The position numbers were made by a program, and so were the translations under genes. A DNA stretch of 64,000 nucleotides. Source: Octopus vulgaris. Taxonomy: Eukaryota. The stretch is from the NCBI GenBank assembly GCA_951406725.2, contig OX597832.1, forward strand, positions 30,752,001-30,816,000, read 5' to 3'. Shown one piece after another: positions 41,949 to 56,000 of the stretch. Within the stretch, counting starts at the first letter, position 1. Each line of letters opens with the position of its first letter. Under the pieces are notes generated by a model that did no database searches, had not been told where the DNA came from, and worked only from the letters and a program-made list of their open reading frames with translations.

Positions 41949-44309
41949 CAGGACATTTTTTCTGATATTCTGAAGATTCTGCCAATCAAGATGACAACGG
42001 TGTTTATTCTTTCTTTTCTTTTGCTCCTTTATTTGTTTCAGTCATTACACTGCGGTCATACTGGGGCACCACCTACAAGATGATTATTATTAAAGCTAGA
42101 TTTAAGGCAGCGAGTTGGCAGAATCGTTAGCACGCTGGGCGAAATGCTTAGCGGTATTTCGTCTGTCATTACGTTCTGAGTTCAAATTCTGGCATGGCCA
42201 ACTTTGCTTTTCATCCTTTCGGATTCGATAAAATAAAGTACCAGTCAAGTACTGGGGTCGATGTGATTGACTAACCTTTTCCGCCCAAGCTTAAATTTGA
42301 AATTGTCCAGTGAAGGTAATTTCTAAAGAAAAAACATGGAAAGAACAATTTAAGAGAGTCAAGACTCTTGAAAAGGTTGCAAGAGTCAAGACTCTTGAAA
42401 AGGTTGCAAGACGCAACGAAAATTTTAGAAGAATAAAAATAAGAAAAAAGTGGAAATTTTACCGGTGAGTGTGTTACATGATAAGGCACAAAAATAAAAT
42501 GACTCTCCACAGACACAACAGAATATGCTTCAACACACGAACTCATATAAAGAATCTTGCAAACCAAATCCAAAAAACAAGGCAATTTAAGATTTAATAC
42601 TAAAATTAATTCACTGTTAATGTTACGCACATTCGCTGGGTTTTTGTTTTTTTGTCTCAGCACAGAAACACTTCAACGCATTGTTATGCTCTTACCATTA
42701 AAATGGACAATTCGTACCAGGAACACTTTAGCAGATATCTGAGTACGTGCGAACGCGTGGGTTATGCATGAACGTAGATATTATGTGGATTGAACCACAG
42801 AGTCAGACAGAGAAGTGGTTCATCAACGCACTCCAAATTCTGACCAGACACATGATGCCATCGCTCTCTCCTCCTCCTCTTTCTCTCTTTCTCTCTTTCT
42901 CTTCCTTTTCTGTTGCTATGACAATGGCCTTTATTTTTCTGAGCTTGTGGGTTTCGTATCCCCTCCCCCAACCCAATCGTCTCCCAGTTTGTCACCCACA
43001 TTCTGTTTACCGACCCTTACTTACAGCTGACCTCGTACCCAACACTTCGTACCGTCCTTGTTTTCGGCATTCTTTCGGTTTATGACCACGAATTGAAAGA
43101 GGGAAATTATTTTAAGCAATCGGAATTAAAATTTTGAAAGAAAAAAACCCCAGATTCGTAATTTCCATATTTTAAATCGTAGAATTAAAAAAAAGATTTC
43201 GGAAAGTTTTAAAAATTTAGTGGTGATGATGACATTGGTGGCGGAGGAGGTGGGGAATTAAAAGTTAGAAAACCTTTTTTTTCTTTTTCTTTTGCATAAT
43301 CGTTATCCCCGTTGCTGAAAACAGGGAGTTTGAAGAAATATTTGAAAGGAAAAAAAAAAGGAAAGGTGGAGTAGGGATCAGCCGAATGAATGGTGTCAAC
43401 AATCTTCCATTTTCAGATTGTGATTCCAAACCGAAAGAAATCCCTTCTTTCTCACCCCGTGCGTCAGTTTTCAAGAATTTCCTTTCCGCACGTGACTTTC
43501 CTGTGACTTTTAGCGTCGATCTTGCCATTTCAGAGCTCCTGCGAAAACCATGATATAATCCTCTCTCAGACCAAATTAATATTGAAGAAAATATTTGTGT
43601 GTGTGTGTGTGTGTGTGTACATTCTTTATGAGTAACTGTTTGTATCAGGCGTGAACAACATTTTTCGAAAAATGGGCCGCATGGCTCACCATTAGGAGGG
43701 CCACACAACTAAAAATCTGGAGGGAAATTTTTCGTTAGGCGTGTCACAGTGAAAGCCCCGCGGGCCACAATCTGCCTGTGACTGGTATACATTATAATGA
43801 ATAAAATGAATATACACCCCTTTTCTGAAACAAACTCGAAATTAAGATAGAAATAAATAAATTAAAAAAAACTAATAAAATTTTCATAAACCGAATAAAA
43901 CCCAAAACATATTAACTAGATCGGGCTTGGCAACCTTTATCGTCAGTTGCCAGGTCGCACAGCTAAAGAATTGAAGCTAATTTTTCGTTAAGCGTGCCTG
44001 AAAGTCCTGCATGGTTGAATCAGATAACCGCACGTAACACCGATTAATGCGTATTTCCAGTACATATAAAAACAAAACAATATAAATAAATAATAAATTT
44101 AAAAAACCCCAAATCACGCAACTGCTATCCTAATATAAACCCATTGACAATGTTGTGAGAATTGCTTCCCCTCGGTGCCAACGCCTTGCTCCCTTTCTCC
44201 AACTATTCTTTCCCTTATACACACAGACACATAACTCGTTACACAAGAAAACCTCACTCATTATGAACTTGTAGAAAAACTTATTCATTATGAACTTGTT
44301 GAAAATACG

Positions 44310-44980
44310 GAACTTTTCTACCACCCTTTCCTCCTCCTCCTCCCCTTTCTTCAAGCTGCACCTCTGAAACTCCTCTCATACAATTTGCTTTCCTCCCGTT
44401 TTACCACATTCTTTTCACTTTCTCTCACTTTTGCCCTCTTTTTCTCTTCTAAAGATATTATTTGCTTCGCCCCCCCCCCTCTCTCTCTCTCTCTCTTCCT
44501 TCAGTTTTCATTCCTCCTCTCTCAGGTTTCTTATTTCTTCTTCCTCTTCTCTCCCGACCCAGCTTATAACATTCTTTTGTTCGCCTCCACCTTTACCCCC
44601 CATTCACTGTTTCACTGCCTCTCTCTTTCACATTGCACCCTTCTCTCATTCTCCCACTTTTTCACTTTTTTTCCTTTCTCTTCCTTAGCTTCTAACTTTC
44701 TTTATTCCTCTCGCCTTCCACTTTCTCTCCTAAAAAAAGTCACTCATTCGCCCTCAACCACACACTTTCAATCCAGTCTATTTTTTCACCTCTTTCTCTT
44801 CATTTTTAACTCCTCCTCCTCTCTAACACTTCTCACTCTCTTACCCCCACTAATTCTTATTATTTATCCCCCTCTCTCTCTCACTTCTGTAAACTCTCAC
44901 TCTCTCTCACTTCCTCTCCTTCACTTTGCCTTTCTCTGACTTTCTCATCCCAAACTTTTTTCTCTCTTCCCACCTTCCCC
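44310..44980. repeat. Polypyrimidine (CT-rich) low-complexity tract
   Basis: Direct reading; similar tract at 63555-64000. Confidence 0.85.
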
Positions 44981-45407
44981 TAAATACAACACTCCAGAAG
45001 TTATGTCGTTTAAACTCGGCTAACGAAGATGTTTTGGGACTCGTAATTGGTCCCATCGCCTCTCTTTTACTCACTTTGAAAACAAATATAAGCAAACAGA
45101 ACACGTAAATTCCTCGACATTACAAACATTATCTCTGATTACGGAAAGATTTTCTGTTTGACATTTCGGATTTATCAAACAATGTTTTTGATAAGAGAGG
45201 AGAAAAAATAGCATTGATGAGGAAACAGTTAACGCATTACGTTATATATATATTAAAATATAACGTTCTATAATTGTATTAATTAGTGTTATATATTATA
45301 TATATGTATATATATTACACAACAGAGAAATACTTGACGCGATAGAGCAAGCAAGCCTTTCTCTATAATTCCAAGGAAATAAATTTTAACAAAGAAGAGA
45401 CCACAAA

Positions 45408-45442
<35 letters not shown>

Positions 45443-45741
45443 TTATGAATATACACCCGTCAGTCTCTATAGGATTGCATACTTTAAACACCTTGAGATG
45501 GAGCGTAAAGAGAAGGAGAAAATGAGGAAATCAAATTGAAAAATAACCGAATGTGTATTTGAGAAAGAAAAAGGATTGCAATTAAGAAACTGGAGAAATT
45601 ATAAGAAAAAACGCATTTAAGAAAGAAAGGAGGAACTGGTTAACATAAACGGAAGAAAATCTTTTATGTGGATTATTGTGAAAAAAAAATTTTTTCTCGT
45701 AAAAGCAACAACCACCTTGATTCATTGTGAAGGAATACACC

Positions 45742-46131
45742 ATGTCTTGGTCGGCAAAACTCGTTCAAATATTAAAAGAATCTAAAAAAATTAAATATGT
45801 CGCTGTATTCGACTTGGAAGGACAACTTCTTTCTCATTTCGGAGAAATGTTGGACTTGTCTCCGAAGGAAATTGAGACACTTTATAAGTGTTTTCCCAGG
45901 ACTTCTTCTCATCCAGTAAGTTCAGTGACTATGGACGGCACAACCTACAGACTACTGCAAGTGCGCAGCGACACATTAATTGCCGTCCACGATTCGGACT
46001 TACTTGTCTGCTATTTATTAGCTCATGGCCTCATCTTAGCACAAGGATCTTCACAGGACCCTGGTTCATGTATATACGCTGTCACCTCTGCTTGGGACCA
46101 AGTGGAGCTTTTTCACGGCTTGTTATATTAA
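45742..46131 (+). CDS. Intronless, divergent profilin-like protein, 129 aa
   Basis: ACC-ATG start; MSW N-terminus, AVFDLEG (profilin AIxGxDG), LSPKEIETL (profilin ispeEi), VTMDGTTYRLL (profilin lxgxKYmvl); length typical of profilins. Confidence 0.75.
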   Translation: MSWSAKLVQILKESKKIKYVAVFDLEGQLLSHFGEMLDLSPKEIETLYKCFPRTSSHPVSSVTMDGTTYRLLQVRSDTLIAVHDSDLLVCYLLAHGLILAQGSSQDPGSCIYAVTSAWDQVELFHGLLY

Positions 46132-47103
46132 GAGGAAATGTGTGTATGCATGTGTGTGAGACAGGGTGTGTGCGTGTGTATGTTGTTTAATTATTTCTTT
46201 TAATTTTACTTAAATTAAGGGGTAAAACATTTTTTTCCCACCAAAATATGGTGATGTCTGTGATGATCCTAACTGTCAAAAATTAATAAGCAAGTTGATT
46301 AACGTAGCTTTATTTTGTGATGTTTTCGTGCATGCATTTTTGTACCCATACTGAAACATACTTGTGAAGTTAAGTGTCTTATAAGTTTATAAGGACACTT
46401 ATGCACACACACAGATCTACAAAAATTAGACAGAGATTACTATCAATATATATTCAACAAGTATTTACAAGACCTGTCCAACACTCAATTTTGATACTTA
46501 GCAATCACACTATATGCAAACACAACACATCACGCATACATAAGCTATGAATTTCCCTAAATATAATCGTAATCACAAGCTCTGTGTCTGTAACTATATT
46601 TAACATATTAATACAATTAGTAAATATAAATTTACATTGGCACACACACACACACACACGCGTATCTATCTATCTGTCTCTCTGTCTATCTACACACACA
46701 CACAGAGCCACACCTTAATTGCCCTCTCCCATCTCAGCACAATTTCCCATCAATGATATATACGATGATTCAACTGATTGACATGATGAAAGATGAAAGA
46801 TCAATATATTGATCTGTTGATATATATATATATATGCACCCACGTATTTATATTTAAGTTTAAAAGACATCACTAACGGATATATATAATATATTGGTAT
46901 ATAATGTATACAGAGATGTTTTAATAATATATATATTTCTACTTGTTTTTAACATTTTTTATTGTCTTTTATTACTTTTTATGACAATATGCCCTTTCGC
47001 TGTGCGCCTTTCTTTCCATTATGACTTATACATAAATACATACATACATTCATACATACATACATACATACGTGTATGCATGCATGTATGTATGTATGTA
47101 TGA

Positions 47104-47161
47104 CATTCCTGAAGAAGAGTCCAAGTTATTTGGTACACTGAAAGTTGTACCTTATTGAATG
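47104..47161 (+). ncRNA. Degenerate hammerhead motif
   Basis: CAUUC-CUGAAGA-AGAGUCCAA(GUUAU)UUGGUACACU-GAAA...UU-GAAUG; perfect stem I, irregular stem III. Confidence 0.45.
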
Positions 47162-47632
47162 TGAATGTTTTAAACATCGTTGGATTACAATTCTGCAAAT
47201 AGAAGATGGAATAAGATAAAAATATATACTAGGCGTGGTGGTGGTGCCTCCATCAGTTATTTTTCTATTTCGATTTTCTCTTGAAATTTTTTTTTCTCCG
47301 ATTTATGCCTTAAATATCATTAATTCAGATTCTTCAAAAGTATGCAAAAACTTTTGAAAACAAATCTGGAAATGTTTTCGAAAAAAAAAAAAGAAGAAAA
47401 AAAACCGTCAAACTTAAAGAATTCCGAAGGCGGGGTCGGGGTGGGGGAGAAAAAATGCGCCACCCGTTTATAATTTTATTCATTTATTTATTTATTGCTG
47501 AATTGTAAATCTACGAACACAATCCAAAGAAATTTGGATTTTTGACGCTCTAAATAGTTTTTAGTGCGTCAAACATCCTAACTGGAGCGCCACTCATTCT
47601 CTCTCTCTCCTACACGCACATATCGCGCGCGC

Positions 47633-47681
<49 letters not shown>

Positions 47682-47683
<2 letters not shown>

Positions 47684-47791
47684 AAATATGAATTAGAGAT
47701 AAAACTACTATTATGCAACTCAAACAGCGATAGACATAAGCCACACTGTTTGAGTTGCATAATTGTGGTTTTATCTCTAATTCATATTTTA
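47682..47791. repeat. 46-bp inverted repeat hairpin
   Basis: TAAAATATGAATTAGAGATAAAAC...CAACTCAAACAG / CTGTTTGAGTTG...TCTCTAATTCATATTTTA. Confidence 0.9.
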
Positions 47792-47862
47792 TATATTTAC
47801 ACCGTGAAATTTGATTTAATACTAAATTGAATTTTTCCCTGTAAGTTTGGAGTTATACTCCC

Positions 47863-47910
<48 letters not shown>

Positions 47911-47920
47911 CATTCTTCTT

Positions 47921-47984
<64 letters not shown>

Positions 47985-48034
47985 GTGAGAATTTACAAAA
48001 AAAAAAATACAAGACGAAGATGGGTGTGTATATA

Positions 48035-48256
48035 TATATATGGTGTGTTATAAGAATTTATAGAAAGGTGTCCCATAAAAACTCAACAAGAGTTAAAAAT
48101 GGAGAAGAGAAGATGTTGAAATTTGAAAGAATTTTAATGAATTTTAAAATTCTTTCAAATTTTAACATTTTCTTTTAACTTCTCCTCCATTTTTAGCATT
48201 ATTGTTGAGTTTTTATGGGTTACCTTTCTGTGAATTCTCATAACACACCATATATA
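48035..48256. repeat. Imperfect palindrome (fold-back) with arms of about 100 bp
   Basis: TATATATGGTGTGTTATAAGAATT...GAAAGAATTTTA / TAAAATTCTTTC...AATTCTCATAACACACCATATATA. Confidence 0.9.
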
Positions 48257-48380
48257 CATGTAATATTTTCATATTCGCAAAAATCTTACGCCAGTAAGCT
48301 ACTAGTAGATTATGAAGAATCTTCATTAGAAATCACCCTTGGGAATCCTCCAAAGTAAAGGAGGAAATGTAATTCAACCT

Positions 48381-48411
<31 letters not shown>

Positions 48412-48849
48412 TATATAATCCAAAAAAGTGGGGGAAAACCACAACTCAAAGATGTGGTACATGCAAAGTATATATTAATAATATGATGATGATGATGATG
48501 ATGATGGCTGCCCCATCGTTATCGAGTATGGCCATTGCATGAAGCTTAACTGTTACTGGTGCTGTGATCGAATGTGACTTTTTAGCCCAGCTAAAGATCT
48601 ACAATGTCTTGTACAAAATTGGCAGCTAAAACCTTTACCAGTAATAGCCATAATATATACTAATAATATACATACATGCACACACACAGAATTGAGAGAG
48701 AGTAATCATTTTAATGCTTGTTTATCCATTCATGTGGGTTCGACGGGTCTTCTCCACCACTTTGTCTTGCAAATTGTCATTACCTTCATAAGAATCGTTG
48801 GAAATGTGGTAGAGTGCTCGGGGATGGAACGATGATTTCTTATTTCCCT

Positions 48850-49330
48850 GCTCAAGGTTAGGTGGAGGATTCACATTACCTCCTCACCTGTAGCTTCGTA
48901 ATCTTAGTTACACACACCCTAACTCCTAAAACTCATTTTCACCATCACTATAGGATCAGCTTTCACTACATCATCTCATGTCTTCCTTGGTCTTTCTCAT
49001 CCATGTTTTCCTTCCACTCACTATTTCTTTACCAATATATTATCTTTCTTTGCATTACATATCAGTGCCAACACAGCTTTCTCACTTGCACTCTGTATCT
49101 GATTTAGCTCACACCTAATTCCTCTTCCAGCTCCTCTGTGTTCTATCATTCATGAACACTAACATTATACATTCAGCAATCCGTACTTGCCTTATTTCTT
49201 CCCATTTCTTCCCACCATTCATCCAGTCTCCACATTCAGCAACCATGCTTTGCTACTATGCAACATTGCACTTCATACATAAATATCTCACAATCTCCCT
49301 TTCCTTTGGATACTGATTCCTTTTGGTACC
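48850..49330 (-). mobile_element. Degraded RTE LINE ORF C-terminus
   Basis: Minus strand reads ERPRKT*DDVVKAD, the G(R)GRPRKTW motif region. Confidence 0.55.
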
Positions 49331-49777
49331 AGAAGACATAACAGTTTCCTCAACTTTCCAACCCCTTTCGTAGTTTTTAGTCTATGATTTCCAAAAATTA
49401 ATATCCACTGCTAATTAGGTGTCTAGGTAACGTAAGCAGGTGACTAATTCCCAGGAGCCTTCCAAATATAATTTGAGTGAGTACGTACATATAAAATGCG
49501 AATGAATATATATAATAATATATTGTGAACGAATATCTATCCACCTCACTCTCTCTTTATAGATGTGTGTGTGTAATTATATACAGTCTTATTTTCTTCT
49601 GTTCATTCCCTAACTTGATGGGTGTATAGCAATGAGGCAGATGACACAAAAAATTTGTAGTGAAACATAACTTTATCGATGTACCTGATGAGATCCAGAC
49701 TGCAAAATCCACGCAGGCTCCTGTCAAACTGTCCAACCCATGCCAGCATGGAAGGCAGATTTTAAATAATGATAATG

Positions 49778-49815
<38 letters not shown>

Positions 49816-50159
49816 CTTTAGGCACAAGGCCTGAAATTTTGGCCAGGGGGCCAGTCAATTAGATTGACTCTCGTATGCAACTGGTACTTAATTTATTGAC
49901 CCCGAAATGATGAAGGCAAAGTCAAAGTCAGTGGAATTTGAACTCACAACGTAAAGACAGATGAAATACCACTAAGCCTCTCACCCGGCGTGCGAATGTT
50001 TCTGCCAGGTCGCTGCCTTTTAATATATACATATATTATAGTGGCACATAAAAAGCACCCATGGCACATAAAAAGCACCCAGCACTCTCCATAAAATTGT
50101 TGGCTTTAGGAAGGGCTTCTGGCCCTAGAAACCATGACAGAGTTTTTTCAGCAGTTAAA

Positions 50160-50810
50160 AACCAGCCTCCTCTTCAGTTGCTATAATCTGATTTGTCTCC
50201 CTTGTTGAATGGTTGCAATGGTTAGATCCCTAAAACCAGCTGATCTTTTCTCACATCCAGATTAACGGAAAGATTGCATGAAGCCTTATTTCATACTCTC
50301 CATATCCATCTCAATACATCTCAACCAGAATATCATTAGATTTGGATGGCTTTTGGGGGTTTTTAGAAGGAATTAATGACTTTTTTAGATTCCTGAAATG
50401 TCAGACGTTGCTGCTCAGTTTCTCATCATTGGTTTCCTTCCAACAATGTTGTCCAGAGATCTTTCGTTAACTCCCCAGTCACAATTAAGCAAGTCTTTGA
50501 AATGTCCTTTCCATGGGTTGCAGACAGCTGTTCATTTCTTTATAAAATTTGTACCGTTCTTTACGGAGCGAGACCCCTTGTTTTATAGATGTTAGCCAGT
50601 TCCTGCATTTCAAGCACTTTGGCCATTCAACGATTGTTCTTTATTGCACGTTTGTTTCCGGTCTGCATTCTTCCTTTTACATTCATTCCTTTTTGGGAAG
50701 GTATTAAAAATTGTTCTCTTTCCGACAATCACAATACTGTTTCTTTCGGTGCCAGAAAAAGTAACATTCCTAGCACTGGATGTGGAGATACAATTGACAA
50801 AACTAAGACC
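50160..50810 (-). mobile_element. Degraded RTE/BovB ORF fragment
   Basis: Minus strand KVLEMQELAN...WKGHFKDLLN resembles the RTE RWxEHFxxLLN motif. Confidence 0.6.
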
Positions 50811-52748
50811 AGCTAACACAGGCCAGCATGGGAAAATGGGCATAAAAATGATTGAATGATATATATATATGTGTGTGTGTGTGTGTTTGTCCCCACTACC
50901 GTTTGACAACCTGTGTTGGTTTGTTTACATCCTCTTAGCAGTTCAGCAAAAGAGACCAATAGTATAAGTACCAGACTTACAAAAATGTACTGGGGTCGAA
51001 CCGTTCAACTAGAAATTCTTCAAAGTAGTGTCGCAGCATGGCCACAGTCTAATGACTGAAACAAGTAAAAGATAAAAGATATATATATATTCTTTTACTT
51101 GTTTCAGTCATTAGACTGTGGCCATGCTGGAACACTGCCTTTTAGAAAATAATTCACATCCCTGTAATATATATATATATATATATGTATATATTATGGA
51201 GATGTACTTGCATAGCAAGTAGATCACAAAAAGTACAAAAATGAATTATCAATATATATTTTATGTATCTTCAAGGCAGTGATCTAATTATATGTTTTAA
51301 AAAATATATTTTATTTTTTTATTTATGATTTGGTTTATGTCTATCATTGTTTGAATTGCATAATAGTGGTTTTTCTCTAATTTATATATTTATGTATTTA
51401 TATTGTGAAATTTGATTTAATACTAAATTGAATTTTTCCCTGTAAGTTTGGAGTTATACTCCCTAATATAATATATATATATATATATGAATTAGAAAAA
51501 AACATCTTTTATCAATTCAAAATGAAAAATTAAATTACACCATCTAGAAAATTACATATAATACAAATATTAAATATAAGAAAAAATATAATGATGATTA
51601 AGTAATGTGCAAAATAACATAATTAATATTTGATTTAGTATTTCTAAATTGAATTTTTCCCTGTAAGCTTGGAGTTATATTCCCTAATATTATATATATT
51701 ACTGTAAGCTGATTGTGTAGTATGAGAGTATTTATGTAGTGTGTAGCAAATATTCACAGACTTTCTGAGGTCTTCAAATGACACTTATGTTCATGCACTA
51801 ATTACTGTGAATACACATAACTCTGCACTTTATCGCTGTTGTAACAACGTATTAAACACACAGCAGTATTTTATGGATCTTCAAGGCAGTGAGCTGGAAG
51901 AATTGTTAACATGCCAGACAGAATACTTGGTGGCATTTCAGTCATTTTTATGTTCTGGGTTCAAATTCCGCTGAGGTCAGCTTTGCCTTTCGTCCTTTCA
52001 GGTTTGATAAAATAGGTACCAGTCGAATACTGGGGTCGATGTAACTGACTTACTCCCCTCCCCCAAACTTGCTGGCCTTGTGCTGAGATTTAAAAGTATT
52101 ATTTTATGTGTCTGCACGGTAACGAGATGGCAGGATCGTTAGCAACTCTGGGCTAAATGCTTTGTGTCGTTTCACTCATCTTTATGTTCTGAGTTCAAAT
52201 TGTGCCAGGATTGACTTTGTCTTTCATCGTTTCGGGGTCAATAAAATAAATACCTGTTGAGTACAGGGATCAACGTAAAGGCTCTGTCCTCTCCCCCACC
52301 CCTACCCCCCGCACTTACTGGCCTGTGCCAGAATTTTAAGCATTTTGCATGTCTGCAAAGTGGTGAGATGGCAGAATGGTTAGCATGCTAGGCAAAATAG
52401 CTTAGTGGCATTTTGTTCATCTTTACATTTTGAGTTCAAATTCCACTGAGGTCAACCTTGCCTTTCATCCTTTTGGGATCAATAAAAATAAGTACCAGTC
52501 GACTACTGGGGTCAATGTTATCAACTTACCCCTTCTCCCAAGCTCGCTAGCCTTGTACTTAAATTTCAAACTGGTATTTCATGCATTTGTCTGCTGCTGG
52601 AATGGGGACGATGACCTCACTCTTCCCTTTTGTATTTGTGCAGATAAATATGCAAAAACGTTGCTAAAAAAATTGCATTTATTTTAAGCGTGGAATATAT
52701 TATACTAGCATACCTGTGTCTTCAAAGATGCCAACAGCTTTATAAACA

Positions 52749-53027
52749 ATGGGAGAAACCATTGATAAAGGTGAGCAGTCAAGTAAATATATGTACATGC
52801 ACAGAATTTAGGCATTTGAATAATCAGATAGGGTTGTAATCTTTTAGTTGAATGTGTATATATATATATATGCACATATATACACATGCACACATATATA
52901 TGCATGTGTGCCTACTGTGTGTCTGTATACATATATACAAACATTTGTATATTAAACATGTATATATATATATCATCATCATCGTCGTCTTTAACGTCTG
53001 CCTCCCACACTCACATGGGTGGGACAA

Positions 53028-53091
<64 letters not shown>

Positions 53092-56000
53092 TAATCATCA
53101 TCATTGTTGTTTTATGTCCACTTTCCATGCTGGCATGGGTTGGACGGTTTGACTGAGGACTGGCAAGCCAGAAAGCTGCACCAGGCACCAGTCTGATCTG
53201 GCAGTGTTTCTACAGCTGGATGCTCTTCCTAACGCCAACCACTCTGAGAGTGTAGTGGGTGCTTTTTTGTGCCACCGGCATGAGGGCTGAGGGCCACTCA
53301 GGCGGCTCTGGCAACGACCACGCTCAAAAGGTGTCTTTTATGTGCTACCTGCATGGGAGCCAGTTCGGTGGCACTGGCAACGACCATGCTCAAAAGGTGT
53401 TTTTCATGTGCCAGTATAAATTCATTCACTTCTTTTTTCTTCTTCTTTCTTTTTTTCTATACTCTGCATTGTGTCATCAAATGTCTGAAAAGAGGTAAAA
53501 TTTACTCAAATTTCAAAAATGATAAACATAGATTGTAGACAAAGAAATCAAACTGCCAAAAATCATAAAATGATAAAAATATTCTTCACTTGAGAATTTA
53601 TTAACTTTCAAGAGAACATGAAATAATTCTCTTTGTTTCTGTTTTTTGGAACAGTGGATCTTGAAACACATAAAGCTGTAAATGATAGCATGCAAATATT
53701 GGGTCTACAGGAGATATAGGTTCAAGCCCTACAGGCAGCCCTTTGACTTTTTATGTCCAAAAAAACCTTTCAACCCATGCCTGCAGGGAAAACAGATGTT
53801 ATATGATGGTGGTGGTGGTGGTGATGGTGGTGGTGTTATTTACATGCTACTATTTATAGCTTTACATGCTTTGAGATTCACTGCTCCAAAAAAAGAATCA
53901 TGTCTTTGTGTTGATTCAAATAACATTGGAAATAGTTAAAAATAAATGAAACAAAACCGATTTCATCTGACAATCCAATATTTTGTCCAAACTTGACTGA
54001 TTAACATGGCATTGCTCCCCCATAAATGCAGGCTTCTCCTTTCCTCTCTCTGCCTTCTCTACAACTGCTAACTATAATGGTATTTGCCTCTTGGAGTTAG
54101 CTTGTCTCACGTCTGTGCTGACTGGCTCCTTTCACTCCTCTAGTCTCATATTGCACTTATCCCCTGGGGCAGAGGTTCTCAGCCAATTTTTTTTATCTCT
54201 GGACCCCTTTGGTTATTATTTTATTCTGGTAGACCCCTATAGCCATTCCATGTTAAAAGAAACCAGTTTTATAGATCCTTCCTTTGGAATTTCTATTTTG
54301 TTTTTCATCCATTCACTTCTGTAGGTTTGAAATAGCACCCTCTAAGAGAACATATTCCAGGGGCCAGAAACTTGTTAAACAATGTAGAATGTCAAAGAAA
54401 GAAACCGCACTGTTTCTTGCATTAAATACATTTTCTTTTTTTTTCTTTTTCGCCCTTTTAAAGCCTAGCCTGGCTTATGGGCCCAGTTTCCCGGTTTCTA
54501 TGACGTATGTGTTCCCCAGCCGGATGGGACGTCAGTCCATCACAGCGTTACTCATTTTTACCAGCTGAGTGGACTGGAGCAAAGTGTTTTGCTGAAGAAC
54601 ACAACATGTCGTCCCATCCAGGAATCAAAACCACAATCTTACGATCATGGTGCTGACACCCTAACCACTAAGCCACGCGCCTCCACCATTAAATACATAT
54701 AAAAGCAAAATATATTCATAAACCCTTAAAATACTACTGTGAATCCCCAATTTACTATTTTGCTTGCGTGGACCCCCAACATTCTTATATGGCCCTCCAG
54801 GGGTCACAGGGTCCCACAAATTAGTCTGAACACTTGACTAAATAATACTACTATAATACATCAACACTATCCACATATTGAAACTCTGACCAAGCGATCA
54901 CAACAGCAACACTTTAACTATCACAGCCAAGAGGTCCTTCCCTTGGGGGCTCTCATACTGGTATCACGTGTGCTAGTGCCCCAAGCCAGTACCACATAAA
55001 GGTGTCTGTGTCAGTGCCACATAAATACTCATGCTGGTTCCACAAAAAAAAGCATCCGTGCTGGTGCCATGAAAAAGGGCCCATGCTGGTGCCACAGAAA
55101 AGCACCCAGTATGCTGGTGTCCAGACAGAAACCATGCCAAAATAGACAGTTGGAACTTGCGCAGTTCCCCAGCTGGCCAGTTCCTGTTAAATGATGATGA
55201 TGATGATATTGTTAATTTTAATTCTTGACCAAGTAATCACTAGTGCAACACTATCTGTAACCAGGTAATCACACTACATCTCAATCATACCCAGGTAATC
55301 TTTCGTACTCCACCTCCATCATGTCCTCATTTGCATAATGTCAGCAGTTTTTTCTTAAAGCGGTCAACAATACCTGTGTGTCTTCAGCTGTCTTTTACTA
55401 TAATGACCCGTGGCATTAAATTAACTATTCATTCTTTTAGGTTAATCTAATCATTTCCCATCTTCATTAATTTACTTCAGTCATTACTCATCATTCTTCT
55501 TTCATTTCCTCTGTGTGTCATCACTCTGCCATCTTACTTAAGCCCTTTGCTCCTTGTGGCACATAAGCCATCAACGACTTTTCTCTACTGTACTCAACTC
55601 TGGGTTCCCTTAAGGCCTTCTTCCCCTAGGTCCTGTTGGTTCTGAATCATCGTTGATGCTTCTATAAATTCTGCTTTTTTTCTATGTAAGTGTTGACCTT
55701 ATGCAAACTCGTTTTCCCCTCTGAGAAGTGATCCATATTAGTCTGGCCTTTGTGCTTTGACCTGTCCAGCATGGGAAGCCTTACCAAGTTCTTGTGCTCT
55801 GCTGGAACAGTTCTCATGGTCATTGAGGCATACAAACCATCACCCCACTAGGACTGTGTGCTCACACCTTTCTCTCTAAATCTCTGGAATTCAACTTCTC
55901 TTCTGAGTATTTCATGCAGACATCAACTTCCAACTGATAACCAAACTGAAAAATATGCCACAACATCACACACTGCACCACTTGCAAATTTTGCTATGCA

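Noticed and set aside
43265-43708. 147-aa minus ORF with an open antisense frame and a CACGTG E-box
   Set aside because: No recognisable domain or splice support; includes a (TG)n tract; may simply be a promoter-like region
44385-44939. 184-aa Ser/Leu/Phe-rich ORF
   Set aside because: Translation of the polypyrimidine tract
49680-49715. CUGAUGA-GAUCC hammerhead start
   Set aside because: No downstream GAAA or stems; truncated by a repeat
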